A stretch of DNA of 64,000 bases from Bryobacterales bacterium. GTDB taxonomy: Bacteria; Acidobacteriota; Terriglobia; Bryobacterales; Bryobacteraceae. This document shows, one piece after another, positions 35,929 through 45,500 of the stretch (within the stretch, counting starts at the first letter, position 1; each line of letters begins with the position of its first letter). The position numbers were made by a program, and so were the translations under genes. The stretch spans positions 1,354-65,353 of the forward strand of contig JBBROK010000026.1 in NCBI GenBank assembly GCA_038229475.1, given 5' to 3'. Under the pieces are notes generated by a model that worked only from the letters and a program-made list of their open reading frames with translations, was not told the DNA's origin and did not search any database.

Positions 35929-37467
35929 ATGCGAAACCTGTTTCCGTTGTTCCTGCTGGCCGGCGTCCTCTGCGCCCAAACCGCCCCGTCGCCGGAAATC
36001 AAGGACCCCCTGGGTAGAGACACGCCGCAGGGGGCGGTCTTCCAATTTCTGGAAGCCGGTCATTCCCGGGACTATTCGAAAGCCGCCTATTTTCTCGATT
36101 TGCGCCGCCTGCCGGCCGCTCAGCGCGCCCGGAATGGTCCCGAACTGGCCCGACAGCTGGAGGATCTGCTCGACGACACATCCTTCAACATCGCAACGTT
36201 AAGCCGCGATCCCGCAGGAGATCAGTCCGACGGCTTTTCGCCCGAATTGGAGCGACTGGCAACGTTTCACGTCGATGGTCAAACTTTGGAACTTCAACTG
36301 GAACGTGTGCAACTCAAGGCCGGCTTACTGGTATGGCTGGTTTCGGCACCGAGCGTCGCGATGATTCCGGCGGCCCACAAAGTTGTGGCTGAGACGCCGT
36401 TTGAGCTCAAACTGCCCCAGCAGCTGGTGCGATTTGAAATTCTTGAAACTCCCGTGTGGCGATGGATCGCGCTGGTACTGGCGGCTGCCGGACTCTGGCT
36501 GGTCACGGGGTTCTTCACCTGGCTGTTGTCGAAAATTGAACGGCCGCTCGCAGCCGCTCCTTTTTTGCGAGGACCCTTAAGGCTCGTTCTGGCAGTGGCC
36601 GGATTTAGAGCAGCGCTGGACTTTGCGCCGCCCTCATCGCTGCCGCGGCTGTTTATCGAAAGGGCATGTGGATTGATCTTCTTTCTAACCCTCGCATGGG
36701 GTGCAGCCATAATTGTTGATCTGCTTGCAGAACGATGGCATTCCCATCTCGACCCGCGGATCAATGCCGTGAGTTATTCGGTTCTTCCCCTCGGCCGGCA
36801 AATTCTGAAGCTGTCGCTCTACATGATCGCTTTTCTGGGCGTGATCAGTGCGTGGGGCTTCAACACCTCGGCGATTCTCGCCGGCCTCGGGGTTGGCGGA
36901 CTTGCGGTTGCGCTGGCAGCGCAGAAGACGATAGAGAATCTATTCGGGGGGATTTCCGTGATCGGCGATCGTCCTGTTCTTGTGGGAGACGTTTGCAGGT
37001 TTGGCGACCGCACAGGAACCGTAATGCATATCGGATTACGGTCTACCCGGATTCGAACGCCCGACCGGACGATCATTTCCGTGCCAAATTCGCAGTTCTC
37101 TTCCATGTCGCTGGAAAACATCTCAGGGCGTGACAAGATATGGTTTCACCCAACGTTCAATTTGCGCAGGGACACTACTTCGTCCCAACTATCTCAGGTG
37201 CTTTCCTCGCTGCAGCAGATCCTTATCGACCACCCGATGGTTGAAGTCGGTAGCCTCCCGGTGCGTTTTATTGGAGTTGGCGCGTACTCCCTGGATATCG
37301 AAGTGAACGCGTACGCAGCCACGCGCAATACTGAGGAGTTTCTCGGTCTTCAGCAGACACTCCTGCTCCAAATGCTGCAGGCGGTGGAAGCGGCCGGTAC
37401 AGCTTTGGCTGTACCTCTTCAGGAGAGTTTCAACGCGCCGCGCAGCTCGCAAAACGTTCCGGGCTGA
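35929..37467 (+). CDS. Mechanosensitive ion channel family protein (MscS-like)
   Basis: Signal/TM N-terminus, several TM helices, and the MscS core LFGGISVIGDRPVLVGDVCRFGDRTGTVMHIGLRSTRIRTPDRTIISVPNSQF. Confidence 0.85.
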   Translation: MRNLFPLFLLAGVLCAQTAPSPEIKDPLGRDTPQGAVFQFLEAGHSRDYSKAAYFLDLRRLPAAQRARNGPELARQLEDLLDDTSFNIATLSRDPAGDQSDGFSPELERLATFHVDGQTLELQLERVQLKAGLLVWLVSAPSVAMIPAAHKVVAETPFELKLPQQLVRFEILETPVWRWIALVLAAAGLWLVTGFFTWLLSKIERPLAAAPFLRGPLRLVLAVAGFRAALDFAPPSSLPRLFIERACGLIFFLTLAWGAAIIVDLLAERWHSHLDPRINAVSYSVLPLGRQILKLSLYMIAFLGVISAWGFNTSAILAGLGVGGLAVALAAQKTIENLFGGISVIGDRPVLVGDVCRFGDRTGTVMHIGLRSTRIRTPDRTIISVPNSQFSSMSLENISGRDKIWFHPTFNLRRDTTSSQLSQVLSSLQQILIDHPMVEVGSLPVRFIGVGAYSLDIEVNAYAATRNTEEFLGLQQTLLLQMLQAVEAAGTALAVPLQESFNAPRSSQNVPG

Positions 37468-37479
37468 TGCCCGACATGC

Positions 37480-38835
37480 TCAAAGTGATCGCAGGAAATT
37501 CAACAAATCCTGCTTCATCGTTTCGGTGAGTGCGCTCCAGTTTGCGACTACATGGTTTGCCTCGCTGCCCGTGCCGGCGTGAGCGGCGATAGCCGCCTTG
37601 AGGTCACTGGTCCGGCCGTCGTGCAGGAAGAAGGTCCGTTGACCCAGACCCCACAATGGCGCCGTGCGAAACTCGTCGACACCTGCCGAGCCCTGGATAA
37701 TGTCGTCCATCAAGCCCTGGCCCATGTGATGTACGAGGAGGTCAGAATAGAGATTGACCGGTTTATTGGCCAGCGCGGGGCTCGTGGAAGAACCGGTGTT
37801 CATGACCGGCGTGTGACACATCACGCAGCCAGTGGTCTGAAAAACGGATTGGCCATTACTGACGCTGGCGGTCGCCGCTCCACGGGCGGGCGGCGCGAGG
37901 AAGCGCATAAACGTGTTGACGATGTCGACGCGGGTTTGGATGCCTTGAGGCGTCTGGAAGGGTTTGTCATCCAGCCCGCTCGTGAACTGACAAGCGGGGG
38001 TGAGATCGTTTTTGGTAGTGTCAGTATCGTTTGTAACTCCCATTTCGTTCCGGTAGGCCTCGGCGGTGAAATCGCGCAATACCCGGATCTGCGCCTTCCA
38101 GCCGAACTTTGTAATGAGAGCGTTATGCGGGTCGCGATTCTCGTGGCCTGAGATTCCGAGCGCCATTTTTGCCTGCAGACTGGAATTCTTGTTGGAGAGG
38201 ATTGTGGAATCGGGAATCGCTTCGATCAGACCCGCGCCGAAAGTGGGTGTGGTGATGCGGATCGAGACGTTGCCGGTTTGGAACTGTGTGGCAAAATCGG
38301 GCTGCGGAATATTGCACCCCGGTGCATCGGCGCGGCCGGAGATAGTGAAGAGCTGATGGACACCGCCATCACGGGTATGGTCCGGGTTGTACTTAAAGCG
38401 AACTGCGAACGACGGCCCGTTGCGCTGCAGGAACGAAGGGTTGGTCTGGCCGGGCGCCAGGATCCCGTAGTCGGTATTCACTCCGCTAACGAGCTGTGCC
38501 TGATTGGTAACGGGCGCGCTCGATCCGCCGTGCGTCGGCTGCACGTGGCACTCGCCGCATGAGACCGAGTTGAAGCGCGGCCCGAGGCCCGCGGAAGTCT
38601 GCTTATTGAGCGGCCCGTTGGGCCCGCCCATGACCGAATTGAAGATCCTGAACTCGGCAGCCCCCAGCTGAAAAAGTGCGCTTTCGCTGGCTGACATTCC
38701 ACCGATGGGAGTGACCATGAAGACCGGCTTGACCGGGCCGCGAAGCCCGGGATCCTTCGATTGTCCGAACAATGATGGACCAGAGACGGTCTGAAAGAGC
38801 AGCGCGGCGGCTACGGGGACGATTCCATACTTCAT
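37480..38835 (-). CDS. Di-heme cytochrome c oxidoreductase family protein (DUF1111-like)
   Basis: A signal peptide and two CxxCH motifs (CGECH, CVMCH). The size and spacing are typical of the family. Confidence 0.8.
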   Translation of the reverse strand: MKYGIVPVAAALLFQTVSGPSLFGQSKDPGLRGPVKPVFMVTPIGGMSASESALFQLGAAEFRIFNSVMGGPNGPLNKQTSAGLGPRFNSVSCGECHVQPTHGGSSAPVTNQAQLVSGVNTDYGILAPGQTNPSFLQRNGPSFAVRFKYNPDHTRDGGVHQLFTISGRADAPGCNIPQPDFATQFQTGNVSIRITTPTFGAGLIEAIPDSTILSNKNSSLQAKMALGISGHENRDPHNALITKFGWKAQIRVLRDFTAEAYRNEMGVTNDTDTTKNDLTPACQFTSGLDDKPFQTPQGIQTRVDIVNTFMRFLAPPARGAATASVSNGQSVFQTTGCVMCHTPVMNTGSSTSPALANKPVNLYSDLLVHHMGQGLMDDIIQGSAGVDEFRTAPLWGLGQRTFFLHDGRTSDLKAAIAAHAGTGSEANHVVANWSALTETMKQDLLNFLRSL

Positions 38836-39011
38836 TGATTTGTTCCTCCTCAGTTCGCGGTTTTTCCGCAGGGCCGAAATTGCGCCCTTAAATTTAGAAG
38901 AGGCCGGACGCTGGTGAGATATTGGCGGGGGGGGGCAGTTTTCCCGTTACGATTTGATTGTTGGGTTTGGCATTCGACGTGCACAGTGCGCGGGGAGGAC
39001 CAAGGCACACC

Positions 39012-39272
39012 ATGAGAATGCTACCGATCATCGCCGCTGGATTTATTGGAATTGCGCTCGCCGGAGCCGCATCACCCCAAACCGCTGCGCAGGATATGAA
39101 GAACGCCGGACACGAAAGCAAGGAAGCCGTCAAAAGCGTGGGGAAGGGCACGGGTAAAGCAGTGACAACTGGCGCGAAAAAAACCAAGCGGGTTGTCAAG
39201 AAGGGTGCTCACGCCGTGGCTGACGAGACCAGAGAGGGCGCGGAAAAAGTCGAACGGAAAACGGCCAGGTAG
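39012..39272 (+). CDS. Small Lys-rich secreted protein
   Basis: ATG 39012 gives MRMLPIIAAGFIGIALAGAASPQ. The mature part is lysine/alanine-rich and I recognised no family. Confidence 0.45.
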   Translation: MRMLPIIAAGFIGIALAGAASPQTAAQDMKNAGHESKEAVKSVGKGTGKAVTTGAKKTKRVVKKGAHAVADETREGAEKVERKTAR

Positions 39273-39320
39273 GCAATCACAGGCGGGCCGGGCTCCGAAT
39301 ACGAAGGCGTGGCCCCCAAA

Positions 39321-41162
39321 TCAACTTGCGGCAAGGCTGGTGTTTTCGGTGGCGATACTTGTTACCTGCGGGGGTGTACTCCACCCGGTAACGAACTGGA
39401 TGCCATCCGCGAAAGATGTGACCAGCCTGTCTGGCCGCGAGGGTTTAAACCGACTCAAGGCGCGCTCCGTGTCACCGGTAAAGCCCCACACTCCGACGAC
39501 TAATTTGGTCCGTGGAAACCGCGCCTGTAGTTGTCGGCTCAAAGTGATTGCACGGGCGAACGCAAACGGCGGCAGGGCAGAAACACACAACGTATCCTGT
39601 TCGCCCGGCTCCATGAGAGCAATCGTCTGCTGCACGGCAGAGTCCAGGGGAAACGAAATGGCGGTGTGACCGGCTTGCTCCAACATCTGGGCGAACATGG
39701 CGGCTGCGATCTCATCGGCCTCATCGCTGGCGGGAACAACCAGAGTGCGGCCTGCTGCCCTGAGCACTTCCACATGCGGCGTTTTTTCCGAAAACTCCAC
39801 CAGCATTTCTTTGATACTCAAAAACAGGAATTCTTCCCGACCGGGATCGAGCGCGCCCTTGTGGCGGTCATGTTCGGCCATGGCCAGAGCTGGTCTGATC
39901 ACAGAATCGTATAGTTGCGGGAGCGAGTTTTCCGTGAGATAGAGTTCGGCCACGTCGCGCGCTTCCTGATCATCCATTGCCAGCAGTCGTTGATAGATGC
40001 GGGCTTCGGGGCTCAAGACGTCTTCGTCACCCAGAATGATGTGGAGAAATGAGAACTGCGGCGCGTAGCGTCCCAAAACAACGAGGCATACGGTGAGCGG
40101 AGTTGAAAGAACCAGCCCGGCGTAGCCCCAGAGAACAGCCCAAAATACGGTAGTCAGGAGCAACGCCAATGCTGAGATGCCGGTATGGGCACCATACAGC
40201 AGCGGCTCCACGAAGTTCCCGATAACCAGTTCCGCTACAGCGAATAAAAGGAAGACCAATAGAGGAGGCGTCCAGTTGTCGAAGACCGCGAGCGAGAGTA
40301 TGAGCGGGAACAGCGTAGCCACCGCCACACCCACATAAGGAACGATGCGCAGAATCGCCGCCACACTTCCCCACAGGCCCGCGTAGGGCACTCCGATCAC
40401 GTAGAGGCCGATGCCGCAGAGGAGGCCAAAGCCGGCGTTCACTGCGACTTGCATCAGCAGGTAGCGGCTGACCCGGCTAATTGCGTCATCCAGGGCCTGG
40501 GTCATGACGTTGAGCTGATTGATCCCAACCACCCGAAATAACCGGTTGCGCAGGTCGAATTGATTGACAAGCAGGAAGAAACTGAAAATCAGAATGAATC
40601 CGAACTCTCCGAGCGGTGTCAAAAACGGCTGCACCAGATCGCGTAAGTAGACCAGTTGGTTGTCCGGTTTGTCTACCACCTGCACGGAAAGCGGCTTTCC
40701 ACTCTGGACTGGCACGGTGCGCCGCCGGACGCTATCGCCGGGTGCCGCGACCGCGGATGCTGCCGGAACACCCGAAAGCTCGGTTCCCAATTGCTGGACG
40801 CTGGCGGTTGCCCGGCCTAGCGCGCCATTTCCGGGAGCCCGCATTACCTCCAGCTTGTGGTGAATATTCTGCTGGTAACGCGGAAGTTCGTTGGCCACCC
40901 CTACCAGCTGCTGAAAAATGACCCAGCCAATACCGGCGGTTGCCGTCATGGTGACGGTCATGGCGATGGCCACCGCCAACACCCGGTGCAGACGAAGTTT
41001 CTGCAGCAAGGCGACTGCGGGCGATACGATGAGCGCCAGAGTAATAGCGAAAGCCAGGGGGATAAACACGGCACGCGCCAGGTACAGAACCGCGATTACT
41101 CCCACCAGAATTCCAGTTGTCCGAAGGCCTGCAGAATCCACCGGAGTACGCGATTTGATCAT
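39321..41162 (-). CDS. AI-2E family transporter fused to a C-terminal B12-binding-like (Rossmann-type) domain
   Basis: The N-terminal ~400 aa are an AI-2E permease (...NFVEPLLYGAHTGISALA...). The C-terminal segment RTLVVPASDEADEIAAAMFAQMLEQAGHTAISFP...LCVSAL...TKLVVGVWG has the layout of a cobalamin-binding domain but lacks the DxHxxG motif. Confidence 0.75.
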   Translation of the reverse strand: MIKSRTPVDSAGLRTTGILVGVIAVLYLARAVFIPLAFAITLALIVSPAVALLQKLRLHRVLAVAIAMTVTMTATAGIGWVIFQQLVGVANELPRYQQNIHHKLEVMRAPGNGALGRATASVQQLGTELSGVPAASAVAAPGDSVRRRTVPVQSGKPLSVQVVDKPDNQLVYLRDLVQPFLTPLGEFGFILIFSFFLLVNQFDLRNRLFRVVGINQLNVMTQALDDAISRVSRYLLMQVAVNAGFGLLCGIGLYVIGVPYAGLWGSVAAILRIVPYVGVAVATLFPLILSLAVFDNWTPPLLVFLLFAVAELVIGNFVEPLLYGAHTGISALALLLTTVFWAVLWGYAGLVLSTPLTVCLVVLGRYAPQFSFLHIILGDEDVLSPEARIYQRLLAMDDQEARDVAELYLTENSLPQLYDSVIRPALAMAEHDRHKGALDPGREEFLFLSIKEMLVEFSEKTPHVEVLRAAGRTLVVPASDEADEIAAAMFAQMLEQAGHTAISFPLDSAVQQTIALMEPGEQDTLCVSALPPFAFARAITLSRQLQARFPRTKLVVGVWGFTGDTERALSRFKPSRPDRLVTSFADGIQFVTGWSTPPQVTSIATENTSLAAS

Positions 41163-42091
41163 GGAGTTGGAAGGCCTTCCCGGTGTGGGCGCAGACGCGA
41201 CGGCCGGGCGCAGTGCATGGAGCCAAAGCCCAGGGCGTAGACGCGGGTGAATTCAGCGCCCAGGAAAACCACCTGCGCCGAGTAGTACGCCCAAACCAGA
41301 AAAACCACCAGGGAGCCCGCCGCGCCGTAGCTGTCTGCAAAGCCCGCTCTGCCCAGATAGAGCCCCAATAGCAACTTTCCGGCAGTGAACAATAGCGCGG
41401 TAAGTACTGCCCCGAGGCTCACGTCGCGCCATTCCAGTTGCACTGCGGGCATGAACTTAAAGAGGAAGGCAAACAGCATCGTAATCAGAGTGAAGGAAAC
41501 CATCCAATCCGCCGTCTGGATTAACGCGGGCGACATAACGAAGGCAGGCAGGAGTTTACCGGCAGCGGCAACCCGGACGTTCACAAGCAGAGAGACCAAC
41601 AGAAGGCAACCGCCTCCCAGCACCATGGCGAAGGAAAGTACCCGTTCCCGAACCAGTTTGAAGAAGCCCTGCGCGCCGCGGGCGGTGGTGTCCTCGGGAA
41701 CTTTCCAGATCGTGTTCATTGCGTCCCGCATTTCCACGACAACCTCGGTAGCTCCGAAAAACAATGCGGCCAACCCCACCATTGTGGTGACCAGCCCATG
41801 GGAGGTCTGGTGGGCACCCTCAATCACAGACTGTATGACGCGGGCACCTTGGTACCCAACTAAACCCTGCATCTGCCATACCAATTCGCCTCGGGCGGCC
41901 TTTGTGCCGAACGCCACACTTGTGAGAGCCAGCAGGATCAGCATGATGGGCGCCAGCGACAGCGCCATGTAATACGCCAGGGCTGCGCCCATTCGGGGCG
42001 CCCGGTCGCTCCGCCAGTTGCGGAATGTATCGCGCAGAAGAGGAGTGATTTGCCGAAGTGAGATGCGGTTCAAAGACTGGCCCGGAACCAA
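41159..42091 (-). CDS. YihY/BrkB family membrane protein
   Basis: MGAALAYYMALSLAPIMLILL and YGAAGSLVVFLVWAYYSAQVVFLGAEFTRV are family hallmarks. The stop overlaps the next ATG (ATGA). Confidence 0.85.
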   Translation of the reverse strand: MVPGQSLNRISLRQITPLLRDTFRNWRSDRAPRMGAALAYYMALSLAPIMLILLALTSVAFGTKAARGELVWQMQGLVGYQGARVIQSVIEGAHQTSHGLVTTMVGLAALFFGATEVVVEMRDAMNTIWKVPEDTTARGAQGFFKLVRERVLSFAMVLGGGCLLLVSLLVNVRVAAAGKLLPAFVMSPALIQTADWMVSFTLITMLFAFLFKFMPAVQLEWRDVSLGAVLTALLFTAGKLLLGLYLGRAGFADSYGAAGSLVVFLVWAYYSAQVVFLGAEFTRVYALGFGSMHCARPSRLRPHREGLPTP

Positions 42092-42308
42092 TAGCGCACG
42101 AGACGGGCCAAAGTAGGAAGAGAGGCGTGAAACTGCCTTTCACCCGGGTAAGAGAAGGGACGGTGACCACGGGCCGCCAGGTGACCAGCCATGATCGCCG
42201 CAGGGCGCGAAAATAACTGCGGTTCGCTTCGGGGGAAGGAAAAACGTGGCATTGGCCACTGAACTGCTGTTCTCGAAACCTCTATCTGAAAGGGAGACAA
42301 CTCAAATC

Positions 42309-42572
42309 ATGAAAACTTCAATTCGCAGGAACATTCCATTGCTCGCATTATGCGCTGTAGCCGTGATGATGTCGGCCTGTCAACAAACCGCCACGCCGCC
42401 TGTCGTCGTGAATACGCCGCCTGCCGCCGAGAGTTCGACAACAGAGAAAAGCGCCACCACCAGCACCACCCAAACCGAGACTCCGCCCATGGTCAATGCA
42501 GATGGTAGCGTAGCAGCTGGTTCCAAAACCACCACCACGCGCGACACGACGATGGAAAAGAAGAGACCGTAA
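42309..42572 (+). CDS. Small lipoprotein
   Basis: ATG 42309 follows AGGGAGA. The lipobox-like sequence is LLALCAVAVMMSAC, and the mature part is Thr/Pro-rich. Confidence 0.5.
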   Translation: MKTSIRRNIPLLALCAVAVMMSACQQTATPPVVVNTPPAAESSTTEKSATTSTTQTETPPMVNADGSVAAGSKTTTTRDTTMEKKRP

Positions 42573-42575
42573 CGG

Positions 42576-45500
42576 TTACTTCCTCACGGGTAGAATCGTT
42601 ACATTACTCAACGCACCGGCCTGCGAAACGCGCAGCGTTAAATCGCCGAGAGATGTATCGACCGGTAACTGGAAGTTCACCTGATAGAGGCCCACTGCGC
42701 CGGGTGTCAATCCCACGAACGCCGTGGGTACGACAGTTCCGTTCAACGTCAGCACTACGGGAACCTTCGGTCCGGTGGGCGGCAGGGGCGCCCCGCTGCC
42801 GGTGATGGGCTGGTTGTCGGTTGCACCCAATCCGGCGAGGTAAATCACCAGACCTTCGCCGGGTTTGGCCGGGGCCGTCGCGGTCACAAGGGTGTAGTCG
42901 GAATGCTGCGCGATGAGAGCCCCGCTGGCAAAGGCGGCGATGCCAGGCGTAGCGGCTGCCAGACCAATGGGGTCTGGCACAGCGGGGCCATTGCCGGTAT
43001 TTACGACAATCTGGTATTGATTACCCGACACCAGCTCATACGGCACCAGAGCGTTGATTTGGCCCGGGCTCACGTAGTAGAGTGGCGCAGGGATACCGCC
43101 TATCAACACCCCGGTCCCACCCAGGGACACAGGGAAAGGAAGCGCGGAGGCCAGGGCGCTGGTACCCGGCGCGGCCAAATTGGCTCCGTAGATCTGCACT
43201 GCGGTGCCCGGCGCAACACCACCCAGGATGCCACTGAAGACATTGCTGGTGCTCTGCGGCGTCACCACCGGCGCAGAATTCGGCAGCACTTTTCCGTTGA
43301 TCTGGAGCGTGGAAGTGGGGAACCCGCTGGCGCTGGCGCTCACGCCCAGAGCGAACTGCGAGCTCGCACGGCGCGGTGTCCACGTACCGAAATAGCGGCC
43401 TGGCGAAGCGGGGTCTGCACGAAGTGCCAGCGGCGGATCAGCCGCGGTGGGAAAAACCACCTCCACGCTGCCGCCGGAAACCGCCGCACCGCAGTCATTC
43501 AGCAACTGGATGTTGATGGGCACGGGCCATGCTACGGGTTGCGAGAAATCGCCGGCTAAGCCGGAAGACAGCACAAGTTGCGAGGGCGTACAGATAATCT
43601 GGGCGCGTGGTGAGGCGTAACCCACGGAACTGACGGGCAGGCCGCCCACTGAGGGGGTCACAATGAACGTTATATTCACGCTGCGCGCAGAAGCGGGCGA
43701 CGTGGCGAAGGTGACCGCACCACGATAAATGCCCGGGGCCAAGCCGGCCTGTGTGACCGAAATTGTTGCCTGCGCGGGAGTACTGCCGCGCACCGTGCCC
43801 GTTGCCGGAGAAACAGAAAGCCAGTTCCGTCCGTTCGCCGTTGTAGCCGCTACCTGGTAAGCTACTGTGGCCCCTGAGCCGGCGAAAACCTGCACGGTCT
43901 GCGGGGTAACTGCCGCTGATCCAACGGCCGCAAACACCACTCCTCCAGGGGCGGGCTCCACGCTGATGGCATCGGTAGCCGAGCCCACATTCAGAACCAC
44001 CAGAAAATCCTGCGGCGAGTTCACCGTCTGGGTGGACGTGACGCGAATAGTACCGTAATAAGCTTTGGCAGCGAGAACTGCCACCGCTGCCGGGTCGATG
44101 GCGTACAACACCGTGCCCGCCGCCGCAGCCGTGGACGATCCCGAGGTTGTCTTCAGACTGAGCCATGGCGCACCGGGTAAGAGGGTGGCGTTCCAGCTAG
44201 CCGTCACCGTGCCCTGCACGGTAACGGCGAAAGAACCGCTGGGGTTGGGAACGGCACCGCCTGCTGTCATCTGGTAAAGCTGCCCTCCAGGATTGAGGTC
44301 CATGGTAGCCGTGGCCGCCACCAGCAGCGTCAACGGTAGCGTTGCGGTTCCGGCCGAGGTGGAAATCGTGAGGCTGGTACGGTAGTAGCCCGGCGCGAAT
44401 CCGCCGGGGTTTACGGTCACAATGCCAGTTGCCTGAGCAGCCGGTCCCAGCGTAGCGGGTAGCCCGGAGACGCCAGCCCAGCCATCGGCTGAGACTGCGG
44501 AGTTGATGGTGATGGATCCGCCACCGGCATTTTGCAACCCGAAAGTACCGGTAACGAACTGGCTGCTGGTAGCTGTGAGCGCCAGTAACTGTTTCGTCAG
44601 CAGCAGCAGAGGCGGCGGCGAGCTGACAACCAGGTTGACTGCCACGCTCTGGATGCTTCCCACACAGGTTGCGGGCGTAACGCAGGTGAACACGAGCGCC
44701 GTTTGATAGGGGGTGGCAGAGGCGGCCAGCGCAAGCGCCTGATTGTTCACTGACAGCGTGTAGCTGGAAGGCGTTGTGCCAGAGGCAGCGCCGGTTACAG
44801 TGAGCCACGGAGTCGCGGGAATAAGTGCTACCGAATAAGTCGCAGAGGTGGCAGGTACAGTCGAAGTGACCACTACGTTTACCGCCGCGGGAAGGGCTGT
44901 GGCTCCGGAAGTCAGCGCGAAGGCAACTGAACCTGTGGAGAGTGCCAGATCCGCCTGCGCCGTGCGGACAGTGAGTGAAAACGCAAGATTAGACGTGCCC
45001 GCGGGCGAATTGGAATCCGTCGCCGTTACCGTGAAGGTGAACGTGCCGGCCACGGTTGGCGTACCTGCCACGCGACCCCCGCTGAGGGTAATCCCGGTAG
45101 GTAGCGAACCGGAAGTCACGGCGAGGCTGTAGGGGCCAATGCCGCCCGCCGGCGAAAGAACCTGCACGGGGTAGGGCACTCCGACCATGGCAGGAGGCAG
45201 CGTATCGGCCTGTAGAGTGACGCTTGCCGGAAGAACGGAGAGCGTCATGTATCCTGCATCCGAGCCGCCCGCCGTATCGTTCGCCTTCGCGTTGAATGTA
45301 AATGTTCCCGGCGCGCTGGGCACACCGAGCAGGCTGCCGGTGGAACTGAGCGCGAGGCCAGGTGGCACCGTGCCCGCCACCACGGTCCACGTATACGGTG
45401 GTGCTCCACCGGAGGCCCCTGACGTTTGCGAATAAGCTGCACCGGCCACGGCGGTGGTGAGGGTTGCAGCCGGGACGGTAACCGAAGTCAGCGCGCCGAT

